From Catajapyx aquilonaris (taxonomy: Eukaryota): DNA of 46,722 nt. Shown here piece after piece: positions 12,336 to 25,900 of the stretch (the stretch's first letter is position 1; each line of letters begins with the position of its first letter). Location of the stretch: positions 1-46,722 of the forward strand of contig JYFJ02003055.1 in assembly GCA_000934665.2 (NCBI GenBank). Reading direction: 5' to 3'. Under the pieces are notes generated by a model. The model had not been told where the DNA came from, made no database searches, and saw only the letters and a program-made list of their open reading frames with translations. The translations under genes were made by a program, and so were the position numbers.

Positions 12336-13131
12336 GATGCGTCCCGCTTCTTCCCAATAACATCGACGGCATCGTGTCCCGCACTTATTGGGCATGAGCA
12401 GGTGCACGCATGTCGATATAAGCATGGCCATATGGCGGTAACGGTCAAGAAACCGGTTGAAGGAAATGGAGGGTAGGACGGGGGGTGGTCCGGACATTGT
12501 CTTAATTACTACGCACACAGCCTGGGCGAAAAAAAGAAATTGGAAACCTTTAATGCATCTCGATATTGGGTTTCTTCAAAATACATTATCAAGAAAACCC
12601 CCACGGTTCGGTTTGAAGGGGGGCGGGTACCGGACCTATAGACCTAAAGGTATATAGTATATCAACGGTGAAACGACCACACATCTAAAAAGAGTTCTCG
12701 AAAAACTGTGGGGAGGGTGACGATCATTGTACTACGGCATTGTTGTCCAACTTGATGCTGATGCTGCTATTAACATTGTTGTCGACAGAAAGGTTGGCAC
12801 GACGTGTGTGAATAACGCAAATAAATTACCCTTTGTTAGGAACAACAAAATAAATGGAGTTTCCGCCCTCAACATCAGCAAGCACGATGTTATATATTTT
12901 AAACATGTTTTTGTACCCATTAATCATAACTACAGATAAATTTTTTAACGAACGCAACCGAGTCCGTATCACACTTCGCGCAGCATGCATGTTTGGCAAT
13001 GTTTCGGGCGGAAACCCCTGATAAATAACCAAAAAAAACACACACACAGGGGGGATTTGAACACCAGTCTTCGCATATTGGCATGTAACAGGCGACAGAA
13101 CTTAAAACGGTGTAAATACATGGCGACTGTA

Positions 13132-13255
13132 GGGTTCACACGGGCGTCGTTGTCGTTCGTGTGTGGGCCGTTGAGATTGGAACCGACCGCAATCATGGCC
13201 AGCTCAGATTGGCGTGTCTCCCATCTGCAACGACCAACGACATCCGTGTGAACCC
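13132..13255. mobile_element. Short MITE with GGGTTCACAC termini
   Basis: GGGTTCACACGG...GTCGTTG at the left and CAACGAC...CCGTGTGAACCC at the right. Confidence 0.6.
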
Positions 13256-13421
13256 TGCTTCCACTTGAAGCTGACACGTCGCTGTCGATACTCCAGTTAT
13301 TCTGTGGGACGGAAGACACGTTGAGAGGTCCAACGAACTACGATACACGACACACTAGCTGTTGACACTGACTAGAGTCACACACTGGTGTATATACACA
13401 TGACTCTTCGTCTCTAAAGCA

Positions 13422-13883
13422 GGGTTCACACTGCGGTCGTTGTCGTTCGGTCGTTGTCGCTCGGATCCGCCAGTCAACCAACTAGATTAGATACGTCCAG
13501 TTACGTCGACCGTTACGTCGAACGTTACTACATACGTTGAACGTTACTAGATACGTCGAACGTTACGTTTAACGTTACTAGATACGTCGAACGTTACGTT
13601 TAACGTTACTAGATACGTCGAACGTTACGTTTAACGTTACTAGATACGTCGAACGTTACGTTGAACGTTGATAGATACGTCCAGTTACGCTTAACACAAC
13701 TCTTTACATAAACGTTACGTTTAACGCAACTATAGTTACGTCGAACGTTACGTTTAACGTTACTAGGTACGTCCAGTTACGTTTAACACAACTAGTTACG
13801 TCGAACGTTATGTTCAAAGTCACTAGGTGTCCAGTTATGTCCCAACGACAACTACCGAACGACAACGACGCCAGTGTGAACCC
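13422..13883. mobile_element. MITE (GGGTTCACAC TIRs) containing a 31-bp tandem satellite (block 2)
   Basis: Left GGGTTCACACTG..GTCGTTGTCGTTCGGT, right ACCGAACGACAACGACGCCAGTGTGAACCC. The internal unit AACGTTACTAGATACGTCGAACGTTACGTTT is repeated at 13540, 13571, 13602 and 13633. Confidence 0.7.
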
Positions 13884-13936
13884 ACAACATGAGATCACAT
13901 GGAACATGCCCGGATCGTACCAGGCCTGGAACGGCA

Positions 13937-16900
13937 TCACACGGGCACGAACCGCTTACTGGCGCCGGCGCCGTCGTCGCTCGAGTCCGAATTATTGGCA
14001 GTGGCCGAAGCGTCGACTGCGGCGCTGCTGGACGTGGCCGTCGTGGGCGCCGTCGACGGCGTCGATGCCTTCCTCTTCCTCAGCTCCCTGCCTTTCGGCG
14101 CCGACAGATCCAGCGTCTCGTCTGAACCCACATGCGACGCCCTCCGTCCCCTGTCGAACGCCAGGAAATACCGGGTGTCCGCTTCGGTGTCGTCGCTCCA
14201 AGCGCTGGTGCTTGGCGTCGGCGTCCCGTTCATCAGACGCTGTGCAGTCAAGCAGGTGATGACTGAATCTACCCGCTTGCTACGTGTCGGCGTCGTTGTC
14301 GTTGTCGTCGTCGTCGTGGTCGTCGCTGGCGTCTTGAGACCGTTGTCCTTCCCAGACAGGATTGGTATCGGGATCGGGATAGGGATCGGGATGGGAATCG
14401 GGATCGGGATCGGGTACGGCACCAGGACTGTTACTGGCGGTAACAGGCTGCCGAATCCGGGTCTGCTGGACGCTGTGGACGTCGGTGGTGGTGGTAAGGG
14501 CGGGGGTGGAGGTGGCAGTGGCGGTGGAGGGAGCAAGGGCGGGCGTGCCCCGGGCAGCCTGAGCAGATCCGGATGCTGGAGGAGCAGGTGGGGCGGGAGG
14601 AAAGCAGGGTGCATCATAGGTGGTCGCTCTGGGATCAGCCCCGGGAAGAGAGGACCCAGTGGTCCTAGCATCGGACCAGGAGGTATGGGCGGCTGGTGAG
14701 CCGGTTTGGGTACGGCTGACCTGGGTGAGGCTGACCCGCTGCTTTTCGGTTCAGGTGCGGTTGACTCCAGATACGCGCGTCTGGTCGACCGTCGGTGCGG
14801 TTCATGGTGATGGTGCCGGTGTCTAGGCCGGCCGGGTCTGGCAGGTACCGGTACGGGCGGGGGTACCGGTACAGGCGTCGGAGGCGTCGGTACTGGCGTT
14901 GGCGTTGCAGACGACTCCTTTTCAACCTTAGGCGACAGGATCGGTACAGCTGACGTCGACGTCGACGTGTCTTCATCCCCAGCCTCCCGGTCCTCCTTGG
15001 TGTCCGAGTCTGACCCCGTGCTCTTGCAATCCCGCATCCAGAGGTCAGGGGTGATCAGCGACCCCGAGGAGGATGACCCGGTCAGCTTGGACAGATCCTG
15101 CAGGTGCGGGTGTAGCTGCAGGTGGGCCTGGGCCTCCTTGCAGAAAATGTTCATCTTGTACTGGTTGAGGCACTTGTCGCTGCCGGAGGAAGAGGACCGG
15201 AACGGGAACTAACTCTCACCACAGTCGCACCCTCGCACGCTTGCATCAACGGTCACTCCTGACCCCTTCTATTCTCATAACAACGGAGGTCACGCACAAG
15301 AGCGACTCAGAGGGACCTATCAGTTTCACATCACTAGACACTACGTCAAACGTTACGTTAAACGCAACTAGTTGCCCCGAACGTTACGTCTGAACATCAC
15401 TTGTTGCGATTTAATGTCGCTATAGACACGTCCAAAGTTACGTTTAACGCAAACTAGTTACGTCAAACTGTACGTTCATCGCGACAAGCTACGTCGAAAG
15501 TTACGGTCACTGGTTACGTTTCAAAGTCTCTATAGATATGTCGAACACTACGTTTTAACTCAACTGGTTACAACTAACGTTACGTTTAACGAAACGTTAC
15601 GCCTGAATGTCACTGGTTACGTTTTAACTTGCTAGATACGTCCAACGTTACGCTTAACGCTACTAGTTACGTCAAACGGTGCCTTGATCGCGACAAGTTA
15701 AGTCTGAACGTCACTGGTTACGTTTTTCCTAAATACGTCCAACGTTACGTTGTAACTCAACGAATTACATCGAAGTGATCGAACGTTATGTTTAACGCAA
15801 CGTAGCGTCGAACGTTACGTCTGAACGTCACTGGTTACGTTTCCTAAATACGTCCAACGTTATACGTTGTAACTCAACTAATTACATCGAACGTTATGTT
15901 TAATGCAACGTAGCGTCGAACGTTACGTCTGAACGTCACCGGTTAGTGACTACGTTTTAAAGTCGTTAGATACGTCCATTTACGTCCCAACATCGCTCGT
16001 GTGCCCAACCCCAATACAGATCGCTTACTAAATCTTACCTGCAAAACTGAAGCTGCTGCTCGCCGTCTTGAAAGTCGACGTAGCTCACCGTGTGCCGTAC
16101 ATGCTTGCACCAATCGCAGACCTTGTTCTTCTTGAACGAGGCCCTCCTGCACTGGTTGAAGCACAGCTCTGAGCAGAACACCTTCTGTCCAGAGGATGTC
16201 CGGAGTGTAAACAGCTTCGGACCACGTTGCTGACACCATGCGCAGACCACGAAGCCTCCCGGAAGCGGCGACGTCGACTTGCCTGCGGACACAAAAATGG
16301 GTTATTTCCGATCAGGGTTATCAGTTTGACCCATGACCCCTGCTGGGACGGGTATTTCAGTCCGTATTGTTGTCTTCCCAGCAGGTTCTTAACGTATATA
16401 TAACAAAACTGTTCATTATTTGCGCTTTGAAGATTCCAAAGTAATACGATCCAAGTCGCTGGCAAAAGATAATTACTGGTATGCTTCCTTCCCAGAATTG
16501 TACCGGCAATCATTTCACTTTGTCAGAGACTTACAAGAAGAAGAAAAAAAAGAGGATGGAGTAAAAAAATACCCCAGTTTTAACTATCAATTAATTAAAT
16601 CAAGCATTTTGAAAATACAGTTTCCAATTTCGATAGGAGTGGGAGGGGATGTCTTGCTCTTAACTAAGCTTTTTACGATAACAACGCGTAAAGAGTTAAG
16701 TAACTCAAAGGGATTTGTTACAGCGGAAAGAGCACTTGGGATGAAATTTCAACATCGTTTCTTGGGGGGGGGGGGGTGGAGGAGGATGGGGATGGGAAGG
16801 GAAAATTTTCTTGTACGGCTTTTGCTTTGGAAAAGGGTGGTGCCGAACTCTAAAAGCGAGGACGGATCGTCTTCTTCGCCCCTTTCGCGCCCTGATCCTG

Positions 16901-19900
16901 TTTCTTTGGATACCCTACTCCCTAAAACCGGGTTTGGATTAGCTCCCGAAGAACGACATAATGAGAAATGTAGCGCGCAGGAAGAAAAACATGTTTATTT
17001 TGTACGCGGGGTCTGGAAACAACAGGAGACAGAATTTTCATCAAGTGTCGCCCCCCCTTTGACATGTTTCGTATCACAGGAAATTTCAGGTCTGAAACCT
17101 TCCCTCATTTCCACACCTGAAACGTAACTAACGTAAGTAGGAACGGTCAGCCAATCAGAATGCTCCCAGCTACTGATTGGCTGACCGTTCCTATACTTAC
17201 GTTGGTGATCGTGTAAACGGGCCTTAAAGTCAAAGATGCCAATATTGCCTCCCAATCCTAATTAATCCGGGTACGCATCGTGTTGCTGTAATACGATGAC
17301 CTTTGGCTAGCCCCGGTTCTCCACATAACCTGGGGCCAGTGTAGTATTCTAATGACCACAAAAGTAAAAAAGTACGATGACAAAAAATATCCTGGGGGGC
17401 GCTAGAGCTGCAGCATCGATTTCAACCTTCTCCACACCCCCCACCAACCCGCGGCCGCCCTCGGTTCAAATCTAAGGGTCGAAATGGGAGACAATTTTTA
17501 CCTCCATCTTTTTTTTTTACCTTCTAGAAAAATACACAAAAAAGAAAAAAAATCGGTTTTGCTAATGAGGTCAGAATGGTGGCCCTGGATAATCATTAGT
17601 AATCTGGATGATTTCCTCCGCCCAGCTGAATTTGGCCAAACATTTTTTTGGAGGAAACCCGCGGGGTCGAAATTACCCTTAAATTGACCGTGGGTCTGGG
17701 GGTCCGGCCTTCCTCACGCAAAACACGCACCTGAAGGCGGCTCCTATGACTATCCTATGTTAGTGTGTCTGGCATTTCCATCCAAGTGGGGCACATTAGG
17801 ACCCCGCCTCTTAAGAGGAACCGAATGTAATGTATTCCAGTTGCTGACGAAGGGCTCTAGACATTTTCTTGGGAGGGATCTATATAGAGTGGCTGTCTTC
17901 GCAGTGGCTGTGCCAAAGCTGGTGGTCTTGATGAGGCCCCGATTCTTTTGCTTGGGATGCTGCATCATCAGCTGGACCCGGCTGGAAATGGGTGGTCATC
18001 CTCCTGGGGTGATTTGTGTCTGTTGTCGCCCCCCGCCACTTAATCAATGCCGAGACCCAGCTTTATGCAATCTGCTCCAAGCTTCTTGTCATCTCCACCC
18101 ACTTCTACTTGTAAATTCGCAAAATAAATACATTTCTACGAGTATTCTACGAGAATTTCTACGAGTATTTCTACGAGTATTTCTACGAGTATATATACTG
18201 TACATTACTAAGTTATTATTGCAAATTGTATAAGTTTAAATGTACGTACTTGACCCCCGCATAAAATTCGGGCACAAAAAAATTCGGGCGAAAAAATAAA
18301 TGACACCAGTGTTGAAGGTTCATAGATCATAGTGATAGAATCCGAAAACGTGCAATGATGATAGGTCAAATTTCATGGATAGTCCTGCAGTATTCAACAA
18401 CACTACTAGCAGATTGAGACTATACGAAAATCTATCGTAAGTTGGGGGGGGAATGAAACCAGCCACCCCCTTTTCCTGCGGGTTGCAAGTGCTTTGTGGC
18501 AGTTTGGGCGTGTCCGAGATTCTCCCTCCCCCTTCTACCTCACCATCCCAGCCATTACTTCCCCATCCAGAGCTCTGGATAACTGAATCAGAGAGGGCAT
18601 TCAGCATTGAGATGAGAGAGAGAGATGGGGAGTCTGCGAGGGAGGGAAAAGAGATAGAAGAAGAAGACTCGGGGGCCCCAGAATACGGGGTTCATCCATC
18701 ATCGGGCCCCACAATAGAAGGGCTGCTGGCCGACGTCAAACAGGGCGGGGCTGCCCAAGGGTCATCCGCCGGGCAAGGAAAAGCATACAGGGTGCTTCTA
18801 AAATACAACATACGACAGCATCGGAAAAGTGGCTGAATGAATCAGCGTAAACTGATCAGGTTGACTGTAATGAAGTGGAGGATCGGGTTTCGCTATTCTG
18901 TAAGAACAAGGAAGCGTCTTTTTGTAATTTGGTGTCGCATGTCGCATAAAATATCTGCAGCGGCTTCCTTTTAGAATGTCCACACCGATCCACACGGACA
19001 GGTAAAACGTGCAAAGTAGTGGGACGGCCCCAGTCTTTTCGGCGCCAAAGGCGGACAGGTGGACCAATCATGACCAAAAATTTGAAGAGCCGGCCCCCAT
19101 TTTACCTTTCCTTCCCCCAAGAAAAGAAGAAGAAAAAAAACTCCAGGGGCAATCATCCAGACATGCACCTGTCAGCGTAAAGTGTCCTAAAGTGACAGCA
19201 TGGTCACCTGCATGGTCATCTGAAGGACCGTTGGGATTTTTCTGCTATTTTTGCTGAGGTCGAATTTTCGTCAAACTGCTAGTTACTTATAGCAGTAAGT
19301 ACTAGTGAGACGAAAATTTCACCCATACATATCTACATTTTAGAAGCAGTATGGACTGTACATTGTTGCAACTTACAACATGTGTTTCCTTATATACACC
19401 GAGGGGAAAAAAAGTCCAATTACGATAATTCGGGGTGAATCTTCCCCCGGTGATTTGTGGCCTGAGTAGCCCAACTGGTAGAAGCAAAAGTCCTCGGTAC
19501 TAGCGAAAAAAAAAAAGTCGGTATTACGCTGACTGTAATTACTGTCGCCGAGGCAACCAAGGGACCACGCCCCGGCGGCAAGGGGCGGCCCCTCCCCTTT
19601 TTCTTCTTGCGGGGTTCCCCCCCTCCTTTTTTTCCCCCTCTCTGATGGGGCATGATGACGGGGTGCGCCACCCGCTAATGGCCCGGGGGCGGCCCCCAGA
19701 GGGGGGAGGGTGGCAGGAAGCGACGCCAGCCGGCCGCCAACCTGGCCCCAACACCACATTAAGATTGCCCCCGGATGCACACAGGTATAAAATATTTTTA
19801 AAATACTTTACCACGTCTACTGGTGTCCTCTTGCACTTCGTTGTCTTCCGGTTCCGGGCTGTCCGGGGTTCGACTCCTTGGAGGTGACCCTCTGCTGCCA

Positions 19901-22900
19901 AGCCGATGTAGGTCCAGACCCTGGGTGTCACGACTGTCCACCTTGTCGTACCCATACCAGCCCAACAGCTCGTTCATTGCCGTCTCTGCATATTCCTAGG
20001 AACAAAACGTATAACATATACGTAATATTTGAATGTTGTGGGTCCCACTCTGCGTGACGGTGCGTGACAAAAACCCGGTTTTAAGCAGCATCCAACTCCC
20101 TACAATTTGGCGCATCCATATGCAGCCGCAATAGATTTTCTCAGCCCTAGATCAAATTCCCCGATCATTTGATATGGAAACCTTATCCAGCCCCCTGGGC
20201 GAATTTCCTTCCTCCCTACCCCTCCTCCCCACCCTATATACTCTCTCTCTCTCTCTCCAAAACACAGAAACGGCAGTAACAGTATCGGGTCGGGGTGGTA
20301 GGTAACCCAACAGTGTAACAACCCCCTCCCTTTTCGACGTGTCTTTTGTTTCTACAGTTCCCAAGTCATACGATATCCTCCGGAACTAAGAAAACTATAT
20401 CGGGAACTGGAAAAACTACAACCTGGGGAGGGGTAGACTTGCCTTTCTATATATTTTTTTTTTCGACACGAAAAGGCAAACTCCTAGCCAGAAAAGAAGG
20501 GGCAAAGGGACGGTTGTGCGATTATAAACAGAAATAGATATGGGGGGGACTTAGATCAGGTTACCGCGTAGCAGCTGCGGGCTGGCTGGGAAGAGAAATC
20601 GTAAGTTCCGCATTGCTTTTTTGGCAACGACTGTACCATATGTGCGTGACACTCGATTCCAAAAAGATTTTTGCTAATAATGTCACTGATGGCGCCACGA
20701 GCCGATGTGGCGCCACCAGTTAGAGACGAAACACAAGACGGCGCCAGATGTGACGTCAACTCTTGAAGACGAAATGCGATCCGACGAAAATCTAACCCGG
20801 ATTTTCAATCTGCGCGTCCGATCAAGTTGCCCCTCCTGCAGTTTGTTATCGGCTTACTCATCTTACCAGGGGGGTGTCCAGTGTCGCGGGTTTGCTATCT
20901 AAATAATCACCTTAGATTGTGCCATACATGTTTTCTTGTGGCAGCCACCCCCTTCCATTGCATAGGTAAAGTGACATGACCCCTCACCCTCTCCATACTG
21001 AAAGTGGAGTCTGAAAGGCGAGTGGCTGCTGGCCAGTCCCTCCCCTCCCCCGTTCCTCCCCCTGTGGAGGCCCTCTGGAAGTTGGCACCGCACAGAATGG
21101 AAGTATTGTCGAAGCAAGCGAGCACTTGGCAGCTGAAATTTCATCCATGGGCGAACGGGAGATGAGGACGGCAAGCCGACCCGCTTGCTCCACCCAAGCA
21201 CAGGAAGAAGAGAGCCAGGAAGGGACCGACGGGTGTGAGGGGAGGGATATACATGACTACTAGGGATCATCTCACACCCCCCACTAGTATATCCCTCTAA
21301 AATAAAAAGGCAGAACAGCCTGAAAAGTCAGGAATCTCGCGGACACTCCCCTAATGCCGTATCTCGCGGACAGTCGTCTGACTCGCCAAGTACCGTATCT
21401 CGCGGACAGTCCCCCCTAATACCGTATCTCGCGAACGCATGACCTTGAACAGTTCCTAGCCCGTTTGTTATCGACTGGTACATTAATAATTGAGCAATAT
21501 CGTGCAAGAACTACATGAAAATTACAAGAGGTTGAGGCTAATGGACTCGCACTATATAAAACTGGGTAACCAAGGTCCAAAAAAGGGACGGGCTTGAGGC
21601 TCTACTACCTTGCGTCTCCTATCCAAAAGGTATCAGATTTATCCGCAGGTTTGTCTGGACGTTTTGTATATACCGTTTCCCCTGCTTCTATATGTGCAGT
21701 TTCTACCTCGAGTTCCCTGAGGCTGCAACGAGAGAAGCGTCCGGATTGGGCCGGTCATCCCATCCTTACAATTGCGGAGAAGAATATTTGCTTTTGAGCT
21801 GCTCAAGTAAACTGACGTTACCTTGTCAGACACGAGGCAGACGCCCTTTGTACCGGCCAGCACACCCAAGGCGTGTCTATAGATGCTGGCTGTACTTGTT
21901 TTGGTCTGATATCAATCCGGTGCACTTGTGCGACGTCCATAGTTACAGTGCGCTTAATTACTGTACACTGTACTTATGCCAGGTACCCATAACAACGGAG
22001 CAAGGCCGGTACATAAGGGACAGAAACTGGAGCTCATCTTGCGGTATCATCTCCCTGGATCAATCCATTACCCCAGCCTTGTTCTAGCTGATTTATTAGT
22101 TGTAACCCGAGTAATGAAGGCATTAGGTTTCGCGTCTATAGTCAGCAGTAGGCAGGAAGAGATGATAATAAAAAAATAGTACGTTACGATATGGGCGGTA
22201 CCGGTACTGTCCTGGGCCTCAAGGCTATTAGTGAGCATCAAGGTGCCGGTGAGCTCATCAAGGAAACACGCCTCTACACCTTGGCCGCCAACACGGTTTA
22301 TTATTACCTGCAAACAATTTGTGACAACCCCCCTCCAGTACTCTAGTTACATCTGACCAGTACCGGCAGAATATATATGCTGACCTCGCCCGGTATCTCA
22401 TTTCAAAAAAAACCGGTGTACCCAAATCGGTATCCAAGGAGAAACTATATGTAGCTCGCTCCACAAAATTTTCGCAGAATACCCAGTTGAAGTAACCGAC
22501 ACTGCATGTGTTGCACGATATGTTGTTTTGCCCCACATGTTAGACCCCCAAAGAGGTTGATGAAACTGGTGCGGGGTAACCAAGATTGCTCCCAGGGAAA
22601 AGGTTGGGGAAACTCATTTGCATCCTTGCCATGGGAAGGAAGGAAGGAAAAGGCCATTTAGCCCATTAAATAAATGCCCTCCCCCCCCCCTTCCCTCTTT
22701 CCTTTTATCCTATTAGAGTGTAGGACACAGAGAGCCGCACACAGCTGGAGGTAAATCAAAGCGAAACAAACAACTCTAGACCCCCACAGCCTTAGCAGGA
22801 GACCAAAATATGTTTTCATTCCCACCCAGAAATGCCCAGTTTCGAGTAAAGTAACAAGGCAATCGGTTCCACAGCAGGTACGAGTCTGATTGGGTCCAGC

Positions 22901-25900
22901 TTATTTACGACCAGTATAGTCTAATTAGTAGGAAACACCGAATTGTCCACTGGTATTGGGTCTCGCCATATTTTTAAAAAATATATATATTTAAAAATAA
23001 TGCAGCTAATTTTTCGCATGATCATTTGTTCGTATAGCCTACATTTATTTACAGTTGACTCCAGATATAACAGCCTCGGTTACAGCGTACTTTCGGTTAT
23101 AACAGACTCGAAAGGCTGGCCATATTTCCAAAGTACCCCGGTAGTATTTTTACTCCTGATATAACTGACATATTTTTCACCTCACATCGGTTATAACATA
23201 CATTTTTTGGTCCCTCGGAAAAATATGTTTTTATATTATTCAAATTCCTTTTCCACGTTCAGAATGGCAGAAAATACTGGATGGGGGTAATTTTCGCATC
23301 TGCCACTGATCTAAGCTACTCAAAATCATACCTTTTTTTCTGGTATATTTAGCAACAAGGAGACGGCAGAAGAAAACGTACGAACTTTTTGATCCTCCCT
23401 AATTAACGGGTGAGCGAATTTTGCAATTTTTTTGTGGATGTAGTTCTACTAATAAATGCAGTAGTGTGTATTTTAAGCATATGGAAAGCAAAAAAACTTG
23501 TGTATTCGTTCCAAAAGAAAATGGGCATTTGGTTGTAACCGACCTCTGTTATAACAAACTTTTTCCCGCTGTCCCTTGAACTCTGTTATACTCGGAGTCA
23601 ACTGAGTATATTTAAAAATAACTCAGTTAATTCCAGTTCGTACTGTACGTTCGTTCGTGCATTCCTTCGTTCGTTCGCATGATCGTTCGTTCGCATGATC
23701 GTTTGTTCGTATGTTCGCATGATCGTTTGTTCGTACATTCGTTAGTACGTTTATTTTGTATTTTTTTATTTGTTTGTTTGTTTACTTATTTAATATCAAA
23801 ATTTCCAGTACCAAGAACCACGATGTCCAGCCAAGACGCCTGCCTTACGACACCCACCATCGGTCCTCTCCAGGTAACACGACACCTTTCTTTTTGTTAT
23901 ATACCACCCCCCCAAATCACAGTGCAGCGGGTTGGCTCACCCCCTCCTCGGGTAAGCTGACGCCACAAAAGCCAAGCCGGGAAAGACAAGACGACTCCAT
24001 CAAGGCCCGAAACCCGAGACAACAAGGCCAAGATCTCAAGATACAGCAGCCTCAGTTGGTGGGTGGGTGGGGTGGGATGGTGGTACTAAGATGGCTTCCC
24101 GGCCACTGGTCTCTCCTACTCTCTTCTCCCTTACACGATGCTACGGCCTAATGAGTTATCGGATAGCCGGGGTACGATTTCGCCAGCCCCTGCTGCTGAC
24201 TGCGCAAATGAGAGCGGGAGAGAGGAGGATGGGGAAGGGGGGGTGGATCAAGTCCATCCTTGTATGAAGATGGTGCAAAGCAGGTGTGGTCACTTATCCT
24301 ACCTGGAACTGCAATTACTCCGATCGGTCTACCTGGCAGTACCCGGAATGTAACCGGATCTGGTTGTTTGGTCATTAGAAAGCAGTGCTAATTGAGCTGC
24401 AAGCTGCTGAAACATATCATGTTACCTTGCTGGAAGTATTTGAAACACTACTGCTTATGCCCCCGAAATTAGGCTACTGTACAAACCATGTGGCATAGTT
24501 GCACATCAACTTGGATGAATTTGCAGATTGAATCGATGTGGTCAGCTGCAGAGTGGGTCATAAATGTTGGATGAAACCTAAGCTTTGCGAGACCCACAAT
24601 ATAATACGGCCTGATAGCCCCATAGTCTGATTGCGAAACAAAAGTGAAGACGGCTCATGAATTATAGCAACAATCATTACGCACCTAGCCCCAATCATAA
24701 ATTATGTCCTATAGAAACCGGGTCAAACAGTAGCACGGCGATGCAAAGCCTGTGAGTAGATCAGTGACGGATGGGAAAATCACGCTCCTGTGTATACAGT
24801 GACAGACGGGAAAATCAAATTTCGAATCAATAATATTTTATAAAAATTGCGGTCTATCGGTACTATAGGTCTGTAGAAAAACACGTAGATTGATTTATTC
24901 ATTTACTAAAGTTTACAGTATACAGGACTGTGGAGCTTCTTCCTTTTCCTATATATTTTCCCTTGCACTGCCTGCATGGGGGCCAGCGCGCCAAAAACAG
25001 TCGCGGTCGACTCGTGTTTCAGATCTCGAGCCGGGGAAAAGAGAGACATCCGGATGAAATGTATTTTCATCCCTCGGGAAGATAAACCACGGCGCACATT
25101 TCAGGAAGAAAAAATAATAATACTAGGGAAAAAAAAAATCAAGCAGGGTGGCCCCTTCGTATCATATTTAAGTCTGGTCATATTCCGAACTGTCTTCTGG
25201 ACATTACCTTTTATTTATAAAAAAAACTAATAAATAAATAACTAATAATAACTGCCGGAATGGTTCTGCGGAATGGCGACATTCCGATTATAGCCAAATA
25301 GCGGGCAAAAATAGCGGGCTGAAAAACACTTGCGCAAGATAAACAAAACTATGCGCCGAATAGTTCAAATATTTTTGCAAACATTGGAAACATGCAACGA
25401 TTATTGGGAAAGGTACAAGGTGGCCCAGATCCCAGCTGACGGATTGTTTACCCCAGCAACAGGGGTGAGATCATGCGTAAAAATAGCATACGCATGGAAA
25501 ACAGAAGCGGAAATCGTTTAAAAAAAAATGACGTTTGGCAGCCAGTAAACAAATTGCTTCCAAAGTATCAACTTACAACCGATACTAGATACTTCGGAGT
25601 AAAATAGGACCGGGGGGGTTTATCGTTAAGACGAAACGAGGCTCCGGAGCCTGTCAAACGTTTGTCGCTGCTTGACTGGACTTGAGCCAGATGCTAATTA
25701 TAACCAATGGCATTCAAGTTTATCCCCTACTCATCCTTCGCAGGGAGTTGGGTTACGGATGTGCTGCCCCGGTCCTCAAAATCTTGGCGAAATTTGGTAC
25801 CACACTCGCGCATGTGCAGTATTTTTTTGTGTACGTTCTAGCCTTCCTGACTTGCAAAAATTTCACTTGAAACGGTGCCAAGGAATCCGAATGTCCACGG

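Noticed and set aside
13540..13665. 31-bp repeats superficially CRISPR-like
   Set aside because: Head-to-tail tandem units with no unique spacers, no cas genes, eukaryotic context.
13899..14699. 266-aa + strand ORF
   Set aside because: Antisense to the GC-rich, low-complexity Sobp exon; an expected shadow frame.
16420..17127. 235-aa + strand ORF in a Sobp intron
   Set aside because: TTG start, runs through homopolymer tracts, no domain similarity or splice support.
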